Shown: positions 19,308 to 28,812, numbered from the stretch's first letter. The stretch is DNA of 64,000 bases from Candidatus Terraquivivens tengchongensis (GCA_023261845.1 JALNJZ010000004.1:3272-67271), one strand, 5' to 3'. Numbers and translations: made by a program. Notes: generated by a model from the sequence alone, not told the origin.

Positions 19308-19838
19308 CTAGCCATGTTTTGATGCGCTGAATATCTGGTCTGGTTTGATCACAGATATACCAGTTAGGCCGCCCAGAACTTCAACAAGAACAACCCAATC
19401 AGGTCTCTCTAGATTGACCTTCCTGTTGATCTTGGCAGCTACCGCCTCTATTATATCCTTACTCGAAAGTTGTGTATGCCTCTTTTCGACGGTGACTCTA
19501 AACGTATGGTCCTCGGGTATGATTTGGGCAAGTCTGGAGGCAACTTCGGCTATCTTTTCTAAGTTCGTCTCAACAACTTCTTCGACAGGTATGACCCTTT
19601 GTATGTTTCTGATAAGCCAAGGTTCCTTCTCTACCATGTTCTTTAACCTCTCAACAATCTCGACAGGGTTTAGAGAAGTCTTAGCAGTCAAAATCCCTGA
19701 AATCTTAGTCTGCTCGACCTTAGGGGACGGGTCGCCCATGCGGTTCAATATGTCTATAAACTCAGATGCCGATACCGGCTCCATCCCCCTTAACGTTGTA
19801 ACGATCAGGTTAAACCTATCTGGACTCATTCGGAGCAC
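19308..19838 (-). CDS. THUMP-domain RNA-binding protein
   Basis: 176 aa. The size and pattern (LIVTTLRGME ... FRVTVEKRH ... VVLVEVLG) fit small archaeal THUMP proteins. Confidence 0.5.
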   Translation of the reverse strand: MLRMSPDRFNLIVTTLRGMEPVSASEFIDILNRMGDPSPKVEQTKISGILTAKTSLNPVEIVERLKNMVEKEPWLIRNIQRVIPVEEVVETNLEKIAEVASRLAQIIPEDHTFRVTVEKRHTQLSSKDIIEAVAAKINRKVNLERPDWVVLVEVLGGLTGISVIKPDQIFSASKHG

Positions 19839-21033
19839 TCTCCATCGTTGTTAGGTTGATGAGGGAATCAATCGACTCTTTACTACCTTTTATTATAAGA
19901 ACATCGCCCGCTTCTATTTTGGTATCGCCCTTCGGATAATATTCCCACTTACCAGTGAGTGCCTTCCTTATTGTCACTATCTGAATGCCCATATCGGATT
20001 GAAGTCCGCATTCTGTAACCGTCAGACCGTCCAGCTTACTGTTTGGTTTAACTTCTATTTTGCTTATCACCTCATCGCTTTCTTCCATCGCCGACACAAA
20101 TATTGGATGTAAAGAAACACCACTCAGGACGACGTTTGCCATTTCGACGCTAGCATCGGCTATAGTCTCTAACGCCCAAGCGAGCCTCAGCAATCCTCTT
20201 AGAAGCTTCACGTTATCGGTCACTTTTGCGAAGAGCAAAATCTCATACTCTACAGCCTCCTGCATACGGTCCATCCTTTCCTCTACTTTTAACACCTCGT
20301 CGGCTATTTCTTTATTATAGAATATCGTTGAGGAATACGCAAGGTCCACAGAAAGTTGTGAAAGGTTCATCATCTCGACCAGCATTTCTCGTATCTTCCT
20401 TTGAGACTCGGGCTCCATTAATTCTGATATGCTTGGCATCATGACATGCTTGCCCATTATTAAAACCTCAAAATTGGAAAGAGCCTCGAACGGCCCCTTT
20501 GCTATCAACCTATCGCCTGCCTTCAAGGTTATTTTACCGTCAGGTTTTATCAACCATTGACCGTTCCTCTTCATCGTAATTATCTGCATGCCCGTCTCCT
20601 TCTCAATATAGTCCAGTCGCTTTCCGACAACAGTCGAATTCTCAGGCACGACTAATGACGTTATCGTCTCCTCGATGAGATGCATTGTCTTAAAGAATGC
20701 TTTTGGAAGGCCGATGTCCCTAAGTTCTATCGTTGCCATCTCAACAGCGGCGTTGCTGACCTTTTCGGCTGCCTGAATTATTTGAAGAATTGCTGATAAG
20801 CTCTCAACCTCTTTTATACCCTTTGACGCCAGCATGACAACTTCTCTTGCCTTGAAACACAACTCCGTCATCTTCTCCTCCAACTCAAGAACTTCTTCTG
20901 CAAAATAGTCCTCCTCGAAGAGTATCGTCGAGAAGGCAAGGTCCAGCATTAACTCTGACGTGTCTTTCATCTGGATTATTATATCCTTCAAATTTACAGG
21001 CTTTAGCTTTCGTTGTTTGGAGGTTTTAGACAA
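19816..21033 (-). CDS. Duplicated PhoU-like/TrkA-C (RCK_C) domain regulatory protein
   Basis: 405 aa with two internal repeats. Each repeat is a helical PhoU-like segment followed by a TrkA-C-like segment (LVVPENSTVVGKRL.. and IEVKPNSKLDGLTV..). It lies downstream of two MgtE-like membrane genes. Confidence 0.6.
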   Translation of the reverse strand: MSKTSKQRKLKPVNLKDIIIQMKDTSELMLDLAFSTILFEEDYFAEEVLELEEKMTELCFKAREVVMLASKGIKEVESLSAILQIIQAAEKVSNAAVEMATIELRDIGLPKAFFKTMHLIEETITSLVVPENSTVVGKRLDYIEKETGMQIITMKRNGQWLIKPDGKITLKAGDRLIAKGPFEALSNFEVLIMGKHVMMPSISELMEPESQRKIREMLVEMMNLSQLSVDLAYSSTIFYNKEIADEVLKVEERMDRMQEAVEYEILLFAKVTDNVKLLRGLLRLAWALETIADASVEMANVVLSGVSLHPIFVSAMEESDEVISKIEVKPNSKLDGLTVTECGLQSDMGIQIVTIRKALTGKWEYYPKGDTKIEAGDVLIIKGSKESIDSLINLTTMESAPNESR

Positions 21034-21104
21034 CTGTACCTCCTAACCTCGTTATTTTCATTATGCAGGCTCGATATATAATTTAGCACAACCCTTTATA
21101 AATA

Positions 21105-21674
21105 CTAAACTAACCCGAACATTTTTGCGATGAATAAAATGCTCGCGATGCTTAGAAAATCACCTATGAGCGTTATCATTGGCATTACTACTGTATCGGG
21201 ATTATATCCTTTCTTAAAGCTTAACACAGACAAGAATATACCGAATAATAATGTGAAGAACACGCTCATCATACCAGCAAGCATAACTATGATCAGCACT
21301 GTGAACAACATGCCGTTCATGTCCAAAGTCACTGAGTAGATAGGAGAAAGAACAAAGCCTATGTAAAGTATGACGATCGTGCTAACTAACATAAGTGAGA
21401 GTAGATTCGTACGTAGTCCTCTATTCTTGCGCAATTTTGGTTCGATAGAACCAAGGTAGAAGGCTGTCGTGAGTCTTGCAACAATGATTGTGCCGAGGTC
21501 ACCTGCCATATCGTTAAGCGGCGGAATTATGGCTAGCAATATAGGCAAGGATATGAGTGCTTCCAATCGTGCCTCCAGCAAGGCTCCTGAAAGCACACCG
21601 ACCGCAGCAGCTAAAGTTAAAGGTATCTGACTTTCCTTTAAGATGTTCCAGAAAACTTTGCTCATATACCCCAC
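21105..21674 (-). CDS. MgtE/SLC41-like divalent cation transporter membrane domain protein (half 2)
   Basis: 189 aa with ~5 predicted TM helices and a conserved D in PLNDMAGDLG and ITLIGDF. It is a paralogue of the adjacent gene. Confidence 0.6.
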   Translation of the reverse strand: MGYMSKVFWNILKESQIPLTLAAAVGVLSGALLEARLEALISLPILLAIIPPLNDMAGDLGTIIVARLTTAFYLGSIEPKLRKNRGLRTNLLSLMLVSTIVILYIGFVLSPIYSVTLDMNGMLFTVLIIVMLAGMMSVFFTLLFGIFLSVLSFKKGYNPDTVVMPMITLIGDFLSIASILFIAKMFGLV

Positions 21675-22225
21675 ACCTTAACTGAGGTTATGATTGTCAA
21701 AAGACCTATCGTATCACCAATCGTCGTTATGTACGGCCCGATGACATTGTCAGGGTCTATCCCGCGCTTGTAAAGCCATATGTCCGAAAAGAACGTTACA
21801 GTGATCATTATCACGTTAGAAAGAAATCCGGCAAAAACAAAGATTCCTAACAGATAAGGTAGGGAAGGGCTAACACCCATACATAAGGATGCTAGATACG
21901 CGAATATGCCAATAAGTATTGATTGGGATATGCCTAACGTAAAGGATGCAAGTACCTCCTCAAGAGCAAGGCCCTTTAACTTATAATTGGGTTCCAGCTC
22001 GCCGATGTGAAGCCTTGTAGAGATCCTTGCACCAAACGAGGAAAATATGGCTCCCCTCATATTTAGGAAGGCAGGTATCGCCGCTAACATACCAGGGACT
22101 CTTTCCAGAATGTCTGTCATCGAAGAAAGAATGATGCCTGCTATTATGCCACCGCTGACAGAGAGGAGCTCGGCAACCGTGGATTCCTTCACTATTTTCT
22201 TAACTTCACTCATGTCGGCGAGCAC
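21662..22225 (-). CDS. MgtE/SLC41-like divalent cation transporter membrane domain protein (half 1)
   Basis: 187 aa, polytopic, with PDNVIGPYITTIGD as in MgtE TM5. It overlaps the downstream paralogue by 13 nt. Confidence 0.6.
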   Translation of the reverse strand: MLADMSEVKKIVKESTVAELLSVSGGIIAGIILSSMTDILERVPGMLAAIPAFLNMRGAIFSSFGARISTRLHIGELEPNYKLKGLALEEVLASFTLGISQSILIGIFAYLASLCMGVSPSLPYLLGIFVFAGFLSNVIMITVTFFSDIWLYKRGIDPDNVIGPYITTIGDTIGLLTIITSVKVWGI

Positions 22226-22280
22226 CTACTCAGCCCTTACGAGTAAGCGATAATAAAAGTTTGCTGTATCTTTTACGAAA

Positions 22281-23096
22281 TCACTTTTTCTTTACTATCT
22301 TTTTTTCAAAATCCTCCAATATGGATTGAAGAGCTTGTCGGTCTGCAGCAGAAATACCTTTCCAGTCTATGACGGCCACACTGGGCTCTTCGACTGTCAT
22401 CTCAAAGGCCTGCAATACTGCATCCCTAGTTACTGGGAACGCATATTTCGGTATCATATGGCCAAACGAATATTCACCGGAAAGTACAAGCTTTGTGAAT
22501 AGCGGGGCATAATGTCCGCCTCCGAAGCCTACAGCAGGTTCCAAAAGCTTCGGCTTTTCGATCGCAGCAACAGTCGCGGCTGCCACAACCTCTGCCGCAT
22601 TAACATTGTTTAACTCGTTCTCCGGACCTCCAAACTCCACAAATATTAAGGGCTTTGTGCTAAATGGGCCGTGATGCGTTACTTCGAGACCTACAGACCA
22701 GCCACGTAAAGAGCTTGACTCATCGTGTAGAGTTACTAGAGAAGTCGTGAGTGCGGCACAGGATGTTTTAGAGACCTTAAACGCTCTACCGCCTTGACTC
22801 GTGTCTGGGCCCCAGTTTCCAGCAGGATGTGTAAGCAGCGCCTTTATGCCCTTCTCTGACACATGCCTCGAAGCAGCTACGATAAGGGATACGTCTAACA
22901 TTTCGTCCATACCCTCTGCATGTATTAGAGGCACATCGAGTGTCAAGAGAACTATGTCGTTTTTCATAAAGACTGGACTACCGTTAAAGCACCAATCGGA
23001 CTCCTTAAATCCAAAGCTTTCTATCAGAATGTTTCTCACAAGCATAGACGCTGTGTCCTTCGTGGAAGTCAGTATTGCGGCCTTCGCCTTTATCAC
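22281..23096 (-). CDS. dtdA: D-aminoacyl-tRNA deacylase, archaeal DTD2 type
   Basis: 271 aa with VTHHGP and GGGHYAP motifs typical of DtdA. Confidence 0.75.
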   Translation of the reverse strand: MIKAKAAILTSTKDTASMLVRNILIESFGFKESDWCFNGSPVFMKNDIVLLTLDVPLIHAEGMDEMLDVSLIVAASRHVSEKGIKALLTHPAGNWGPDTSQGGRAFKVSKTSCAALTTSLVTLHDESSSLRGWSVGLEVTHHGPFSTKPLIFVEFGGPENELNNVNAAEVVAAATVAAIEKPKLLEPAVGFGGGHYAPLFTKLVLSGEYSFGHMIPKYAFPVTRDAVLQAFEMTVEEPSVAVIDWKGISAADRQALQSILEDFEKKIVKKK

Positions 23097-23136
23097 GAGA
23101 TTCTGCTTAAATAGACTGGGTTTTAACCGTTCTCTG

Positions 23137-23997
23137 ATGAAGTTCGTCCCCGTTAATGAGCCATTACTTGTTGAACCGGTAGCGAAGGAATTGCTTGACG
23201 CTAAGAGGCGCGGTCTTTCCGAAGTCGCACTTTCTTTCGACCTTGCGCTCTCAAAAGAGTCGTGTAGGTTGACAGAGACAGGCGTAGAAGTTAGAGGGAG
23301 GTTTGTGGATTGGAAAGTAGTCGGAGAATCTGCAAAAAGACCGCGAGATGTGTACGTTTTAAGGGCCGGAGCCGTAGAACCTGCGGCAATAGTCAGCGAG
23401 CACTTTTACAAACTTGTAATGGTGAAGTGGGGAAAGCCACCAACACTGGAAATCGACGGCATACATATGCATAGGATAAAGGACGTTACGCCAGATGAGG
23501 ATACGAGGCTTAAGCTTAGGAACGTGGGAAGCTTCCGCGGTAAGAGCGTCTTAGATACCTGTATGGGCCTAGGCTACACAGCTATAGGCGCCATCTTGAA
23601 GGGTGCGGCCTCCGTGGTCACCGTAGAGATTGACAAGAACGTGCTAGAACTTGCTAGGATAAACCCTTGGTCAAGAAAGCTGGCCGATGAAAATGTTGAA
23701 GTAATCCTTGGTGACGTATACGAAGTTGTGGACAGTTTTGGGAAAGAGTTTAACGTTATAATACACGACCCACCAAGATTTTCCCTCGCCGGCCACCTTT
23801 ATAGCACAGAGTTTTATAAGAAACTCGCCACGGTCTTAAAGCCAGGGGGCATTTTAGTTCACTATGTCGGTCAGCCTGGAATAAAAAGGGGAATAAGGCT
23901 CTGGGTGGGCGTGATGAGGAGGCTTAGGGAGGCAGGCTTCTCTGTCCGCTTTGACGAAGCTTCTATGAGCGTGGTCGCCCGGCTTTCTAACTTTTGA
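23137..23997 (+). CDS. Class I SAM-dependent methyltransferase (archaeal COG2521-like)
   Basis: I trimmed the start to ATG 23137 (MKFVPVNEP..., 286 aa), because the track ORF from 22801 runs antisense through dtdA. SAM motif I reads VLDTCMGLGYTAIGA, and motif IV is IIHDPPRF. Confidence 0.7.
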   Translation: MKFVPVNEPLLVEPVAKELLDAKRRGLSEVALSFDLALSKESCRLTETGVEVRGRFVDWKVVGESAKRPRDVYVLRAGAVEPAAIVSEHFYKLVMVKWGKPPTLEIDGIHMHRIKDVTPDEDTRLKLRNVGSFRGKSVLDTCMGLGYTAIGAILKGAASVVTVEIDKNVLELARINPWSRKLADENVEVILGDVYEVVDSFGKEFNVIIHDPPRFSLAGHLYSTEFYKKLATVLKPGGILVHYVGQPGIKRGIRLWVGVMRRLREAGFSVRFDEASMSVVARLSNF

Positions 23998-24041
23998 TGA
24001 TTTGCCCATCCTAAGCTAAAACTTTTAAGGCTCGCTCCTCT

Positions 24042-25649
24042 ATGGGGCTTTATCCGATGAAAACGAGCGAAATAATCGGAAAAGGAACGTGGCTAGACAA
24101 AGTAGCCAGTAAGATAATCGAGCGCGAATTATCGCTTGGAAGGGACACAAGCATGATAAGAACTGAAAGCGGTCTTGGTGCTTCAGGAATACCGCATGTT
24201 GGAAGCCTGTCGGATGCTGTTAGGGCCTACGGTGTAACGCTGGCTCTCAGGAACTTGGGCTACAATTCTGAAACCGTGGCCTTTGCGGACGACATGGATG
24301 GTTTGAGGAGGGTACCTTCTGACATGCCCTCTTGGCTCCAAGAACACTTGTTAAAGCCCGTGTCTCATATACCAGACCCGTTTGGTTGCCACAATTCTTA
24401 TGGTGAGCACATGAGTAGCATGTTAAGGGATGCCCTTGACGCAATCGGTGTGGAATACAGATTCTTTTCAGCTAGGAAGGTTTACGAAGAGGGTATGCTG
24501 GTCAAAGAGATAGACACGATTCTAAGGAATTCGTCCACTATAGGCCAGATAATCTACGAGACAGTAGGGCAAGACAAATTCCTTAGGGTTCTCCCGTACT
24601 TCCCTATATGTAAAGGATGTGGTAGGATATACACGGCAAACGCATACGAGTATGATCAAAAAAGACTCATCGTGAAATACAGATGTGAAGGTGTCGAGAT
24701 AAAGGGTAGGAAGATAGAAGGGTGTGGATACGAGGGCGAAGCAGACATAAGGAAAGGTGACGGAAAGCTGGCTTGGAAGGTAGAGTTTGCCGCCAGATGG
24801 GCTAGGCTTGACGTACGGTTCGAGGCTTACGGAAAGGACATAGCAGATTCTGTTAAGGTAAATGACCTGGTATCTGAACGCATTCTGGGCTTCATACCGC
24901 CTTATCACATCAGGTACGAGATGTTTCTGGATGAGCATGGAAGAAAGATATCCAAGTCTAAAGGCAACGTCTTCACGCCGCAGGAGTGGCTGAAATACGG
25001 GACGCCGGAGAGTTTGCTCCTTCTCGTGTATAAAAGATATGCCGGAACTAGGAGAATATCATATAAGAGCATACCTAAGTTGATGGACGAGGTCGACTAC
25101 ATAGAGGATGTTTACTTCGGTAAGCAAAAAGTGACAACAAAAACTGTTGAGATGCGCCTAAAAGGTCTGTATGAATATATTCATCACCTTAGGCCGCCAA
25201 GCAAGCCCAAGACGCATGTTCCCTATAACCTGCTCGTGGAGCTAGCCAGCTTTGCACCTCAAGGAAAGGTTGAGGAATTCGTGATCTCTAGACTCACGAA
25301 GCACGGTTACAAGGTTGATGATGAAGTGCTGAAAAGGGTCAGGCTGACGATAAACTATGCGCGTAAATTCGGTAGGCTGGAGAGGGGTTTGGTAGAGCTG
25401 AGCGAGAATGAGAAGGCGGCGGTCAGACAATTAGCATCAAAGATACGCGAGGTTAACAGTCCAGAGGAACTCCAGCACAGCATCTTCGAGCTCGCCCGCT
25501 CCAATGGAATAGAACCCTCACAATTCTTTAGGAAACTTTACGAGATATTCCTGGGCGTACCTAGGGGTCCAAGATTAGGTCCCTATTTGTTTGATATAGG
25601 CAAGGACGAAGTTCTCAAGTTACTCGAACCATACCTGCGCCCTGCTTGA
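24042..25649 (+). CDS. lysK: Lysine--tRNA ligase, class I
   Basis: 535 aa with a HIGH-type motif (GIPHVGS) and KMSKS-type motif (KISKSKGN). The length and zinc-binding CKGCG insert are typical of archaeal class I LysRS. Confidence 0.85.
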   Translation: MGLYPMKTSEIIGKGTWLDKVASKIIERELSLGRDTSMIRTESGLGASGIPHVGSLSDAVRAYGVTLALRNLGYNSETVAFADDMDGLRRVPSDMPSWLQEHLLKPVSHIPDPFGCHNSYGEHMSSMLRDALDAIGVEYRFFSARKVYEEGMLVKEIDTILRNSSTIGQIIYETVGQDKFLRVLPYFPICKGCGRIYTANAYEYDQKRLIVKYRCEGVEIKGRKIEGCGYEGEADIRKGDGKLAWKVEFAARWARLDVRFEAYGKDIADSVKVNDLVSERILGFIPPYHIRYEMFLDEHGRKISKSKGNVFTPQEWLKYGTPESLLLLVYKRYAGTRRISYKSIPKLMDEVDYIEDVYFGKQKVTTKTVEMRLKGLYEYIHHLRPPSKPKTHVPYNLLVELASFAPQGKVEEFVISRLTKHGYKVDDEVLKRVRLTINYARKFGRLERGLVELSENEKAAVRQLASKIREVNSPEELQHSIFELARSNGIEPSQFFRKLYEIFLGVPRGPRLGPYLFDIGKDEVLKLLEPYLRPA

Positions 25650-25727
25650 ACCAAATCTTAGTGCAGAATTACAAACACTTAAATATATCCCGCAAAACCT
25701 AATGACAAAAAAGCGTGGTAAAAGAGG

Positions 25728-26153
25728 TTGAGCGGGTTAGTAAAAATCAGTAACCTGAGCCCGTGGTCGCGCTCGGTAAACCTTCTTGCGAAGGTTGTAA
25801 AAAAAGGCGAGGAAAAGTTCGTAGCTTCGAAGTTTGACCAAAGGGAGCATAAGCTTAGTGAGACGTTGATTGCCGACGAGACCGGTGCCATAACGCTGGT
25901 TCTCTGGGATGAGAACATAGACAAGGTAAACGAAGGGGACGTAGTCATGATCACCAACGCTTTCGTAAAGCCGTTTAAGGGCTTCATGCAACTAAATCTT
26001 GGAAGGTACGGTTCAATAGAGATGGTTAACGAAGAAATTCCGAATGTAAACGTAGAGAACAACCTTTCAACAAAGGCCATACCTCGCGAAGAGGGTTATA
26101 GCGGACCACGAGGGAGAAGGTTCCAGACAGGAAGAAGAGGTAGGCAAAGGTAG
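25728..26153 (+). CDS. ssb: Single-stranded DNA-binding protein, crenarchaeal single-OB type
   Basis: 141 aa. It is collinear with Sulfolobus SSB (..SETLIADETGAITLVLWDE...GDVVMITNAFVKPFKGFMQLNLG..) and has an RG-rich basic tail. The start is TTG. Confidence 0.85.
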   Translation: MSGLVKISNLSPWSRSVNLLAKVVKKGEEKFVASKFDQREHKLSETLIADETGAITLVLWDENIDKVNEGDVVMITNAFVKPFKGFMQLNLGRYGSIEMVNEEIPNVNVENNLSTKAIPREEGYSGPRGRRFQTGRRGRQR

Positions 26154-26221
26154 AAAAAAGGACCAATAACGGCAGCCGTATCTAAGCTAAAACGCTAATT
26201 AGCGAGCGCTATGACCTTTAT

Positions 26222-26295
26222 GACTGATGATGAAAGCGGGTATTTCGGAGTTACTGCGTAACGATGAAGAATCCGAGCAGGAACTGATACTGAGG
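26222..26295 (+). ncRNA. Weak candidate C/D box sRNA
   Basis: It is intergenic. The proposed elements are a C box TGATGA (26228-26233), a degenerate D' (CGGA), C' CGATGA, and D CTGA (26284-26287, with a second at 26290-26293). The guide spacings are 12 and 16 nt, which is non-ideal, and the terminal stem is weak. Confidence 0.25.
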
Positions 26296-26375
26296 TATTA
26301 AGGCAGTCATCCAGTCTGTTCCCTACTAACAATATTTTTATATTCAAAGGTTAAATAGATTCGAGAGAAAAGCCC

Positions 26376-27857
26376 TTGACAGAGGAAGGAGTCTTTAGGG
26401 AAAGCGAATCGGTCCAGAAAGCAGAAGAACTACTGCGTCGATTGGATAAAGCCGGCATTTCGCTACAAAAGCTCGAAGATTTTCTTGATGCTGTCGAAAG
26501 TGCCGCAAAGGAACCCTCAAAGATTAGGTATTATGCCACCGCTATGACCAGACTAAGAAAGCTGGAAAAGGAGACCGGGAAGAGCATAGGCGCCCTGCTG
26601 AAAGAGTACGAGAAGAAGGCAAGGGAACTTGTAACGATAGAGTACGCAATAGACGACCTGAAAAAGAAGAGAACAAGACTTGAGGAAGACTTAGAGATCT
26701 ATATGCAACAAAGAAAGCTTACCTTGGAGATAGTAAACAGGGTCAACTCCCTGCTCTCGGTTTTAGAACAATTTAAGCTAGGTTTAGAGGATGTTGAAAG
26801 GCTTGTTGCCGTATTGAACTCTATAAAAAACACACAGGGCAACCCGAACGAAGTGATTGAACAGGTAATCAAGGCTGGCGATTTAAGCAGGCAGATAACG
26901 GAGCTGGAGCGGAAGTTAAAAGAGGTTGAGGGGCTGGTAAATGAGGCCAGCATAAAGCGGGATTCCCTCCTTCGTGAGTGCGCTGAGCTTCTTAACGTCG
27001 AGTCGGAGGCTACCACGATAAAGTCTACTTTAGAGGAGTTAAGGGTTCAACGCGATAGCCTAAGACAAGAAGTCGAGGAGCTGAAGAGGTTACGTGAAAC
27101 CCTTTACACAGAATACTCGTCGTTACTTGAGGTGAGAGGTACTGTAAAGGAATTGCTTTCGGCATTAGAGAGTAAAAAAGAGGAACTTAAAAAGTTGGAC
27201 GAAGAGGTGTCAAAGAAACAGACAACCCTTAAGGAGCTGGAAGATGAGCTAAATGCCACTAGGTCCCTACTCACACTACTATCCGAGCCCCAAAATACCC
27301 AGCCCGAGGACATAGAGGCCATCATCCAACAACTGAACAACATACTGAAAATAAAGCGCGGCGAGCTCCCGATGCTAAAGCCGCTGGAGGGTCACCTTCT
27401 AGAGAAGGCGAGAAAAAGACTAGTGGAGCTTGTCATACCGGCCCTTTCCGGCGAGTTTGTTCCCAAGTGGGTCTTCGAAAGGTTGGAGAAACAATTCGAA
27501 AGCCTAGTAGAGAAAAGGGCAAAGTTGGAGGAGGAGCTACAGTCCCTAAAGAGTGCTCTCAAATCTATGCAAGCCGAGGTGTCTGCCGGAGCACCCGTTG
27601 GGGCACCAAAGGAGGCTGAACAAGTAACTTTCCTAGTAAAAACCACTACGGGAGAAAAGATTCCTAAGGCGCCGAGCGATAAGAAAGCAAAGATAATATG
27701 CAGATATTGTAGGACTGGAACCTCAGTCTGGCTCCCCACCACCGAGGAGCTAGTAGAACTGAAGAGCAAAGGAGAAACTATGAAGATGGTATGCCCTTCT
27801 TGTAATAGACCCAACATCATAGACCCAGACATAGTACTTAAGCTCTACCAGAGGTAG
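26376..27857 (+). CDS. Long coiled-coil protein with C-terminal CxxC...CxxC zinc ribbon; function unknown
   Basis: 493 aa. About 400 aa are heptad-rich, E/K/L-rich sequence with no Walker motifs. The C-terminus reads CRYCRTGTSVW-x-MVCPSCNRPN. Confidence 0.6.
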   Translation: MTEEGVFRESESVQKAEELLRRLDKAGISLQKLEDFLDAVESAAKEPSKIRYYATAMTRLRKLEKETGKSIGALLKEYEKKARELVTIEYAIDDLKKKRTRLEEDLEIYMQQRKLTLEIVNRVNSLLSVLEQFKLGLEDVERLVAVLNSIKNTQGNPNEVIEQVIKAGDLSRQITELERKLKEVEGLVNEASIKRDSLLRECAELLNVESEATTIKSTLEELRVQRDSLRQEVEELKRLRETLYTEYSSLLEVRGTVKELLSALESKKEELKKLDEEVSKKQTTLKELEDELNATRSLLTLLSEPQNTQPEDIEAIIQQLNNILKIKRGELPMLKPLEGHLLEKARKRLVELVIPALSGEFVPKWVFERLEKQFESLVEKRAKLEEELQSLKSALKSMQAEVSAGAPVGAPKEAEQVTFLVKTTTGEKIPKAPSDKKAKIICRYCRTGTSVWLPTTEELVELKSKGETMKMVCPSCNRPNIIDPDIVLKLYQR

Positions 27858-27866
27858 AGCAACACA

Positions 27867-28289
27867 ATGAGTAAGCTTCACCCCATAGTCATGATGCTTA
27901 GTTGGAAAACAAGGTTGCTGAAACCAGAAGATGTGGAGGCAATTTTGGCCGCTGTAGCGAACATACGCGTTCAGCCCTTTACGTTAACGCAGATAGCTGA
28001 ATTCCTACCACCAGAGATTACCAAAGATAGGAAGAAGAGGAGGAGTATATCGAACTTACTCCAGGCTCTCGTCCAGATAGGGTACCTTTCAAAACCTTCT
28101 GAGAGAAAATGGATCAAAAATTCGCCGTCACTCAGCCATTTTCTTAGCCCTTTGCTCATAGAGCTTGGTGAAGTTGAAAGGAAGGTCTTTAGTAGACCAG
28201 CCGAAGAAAGGGTAATAAAGCTTAACCATGCACCAGAAAGGGAACAATACAAACAAGTGCAAACAAGAAAAGACACGTCAAGGGCTTAG
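27867..28289 (+). CDS. Small winged-helix (wHTH)-like protein; function unknown
   Basis: 140 aa, starting 9 nt after the coiled-coil gene. It has a putative recognition helix and wing (FTLTQIAEFL ... SISNLLQALVQIGYLSKPSERKWIKN). Confidence 0.45.
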   Translation: MSKLHPIVMMLSWKTRLLKPEDVEAILAAVANIRVQPFTLTQIAEFLPPEITKDRKKRRSISNLLQALVQIGYLSKPSERKWIKNSPSLSHFLSPLLIELGEVERKVFSRPAEERVIKLNHAPEREQYKQVQTRKDTSRA

Positions 28290-28709
28290 GTCTTTAGGTC
28301 TTCGCTTTATCATAATTGGACGGTCTGTATCTTCCGAGATTTCGACGAACTCCCATCCATAGCCCATAAATCTGACCGCTAAGACAGGTCTTGCTGTAAT
28401 TTCCCCTCCACAATGCGGGCATCTTAAGCGGAACATTCTACAAAACTCGAGGAGCCTCTTGACCTGCTCCTTGTATAGCACGACATAAGGTTTCCTGCTT
28501 GACTTAACCTCTATCGCATACAGCTCTCCATTCTCGACCGCTATGATATCTGGCTTTGCCATCTTTCCGCTTCCACTTCCAGACGTCCTCACGGCATACC
28601 ATCCCGGACGTCCTTTCCCGACCAATTTTTTGACTAGGGAGTACTCGCTCTCGTAACCGACCCTTGCCTTGTACCTTGGTGAGAGCACATCCTTAGGTTT
28701 CTTAGGCAT
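28278..28709 (-). CDS. hjc: Holliday junction resolvase Hjc/Hje family
   Basis: 143 aa with the nuclease core pattern E (GYESEYSL) ... SGSG ... PDIIAV ... IEVKS, as in Sulfolobus Hjc. It carries an extra Cys-containing insert (CPHCGG). Confidence 0.75.
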   Translation of the reverse strand: MPKKPKDVLSPRYKARVGYESEYSLVKKLVGKGRPGWYAVRTSGSGSGKMAKPDIIAVENGELYAIEVKSSRKPYVVLYKEQVKRLLEFCRMFRLRCPHCGGEITARPVLAVRFMGYGWEFVEISEDTDRPIMIKRRPKDLSP

Positions 28710-28812
28710 TTATACGCACCGCTTTGACTTTACGAATTCTATACTCCTCCTATAAACCGCTTCTTTTTCCTATGCTGTCGGACATTCTTAGGGTAAAACG
28801 ACTTTTTCTTCC

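Noticed and set aside
22801-23136. 112-codon N-terminal extension of the methyltransferase ORF
   Set aside because: It lies antisense inside the well-supported dtdA gene and is Ser/Cys/Phe-rich shadow sequence. A proper ATG at 23137 follows the dtdA start region.
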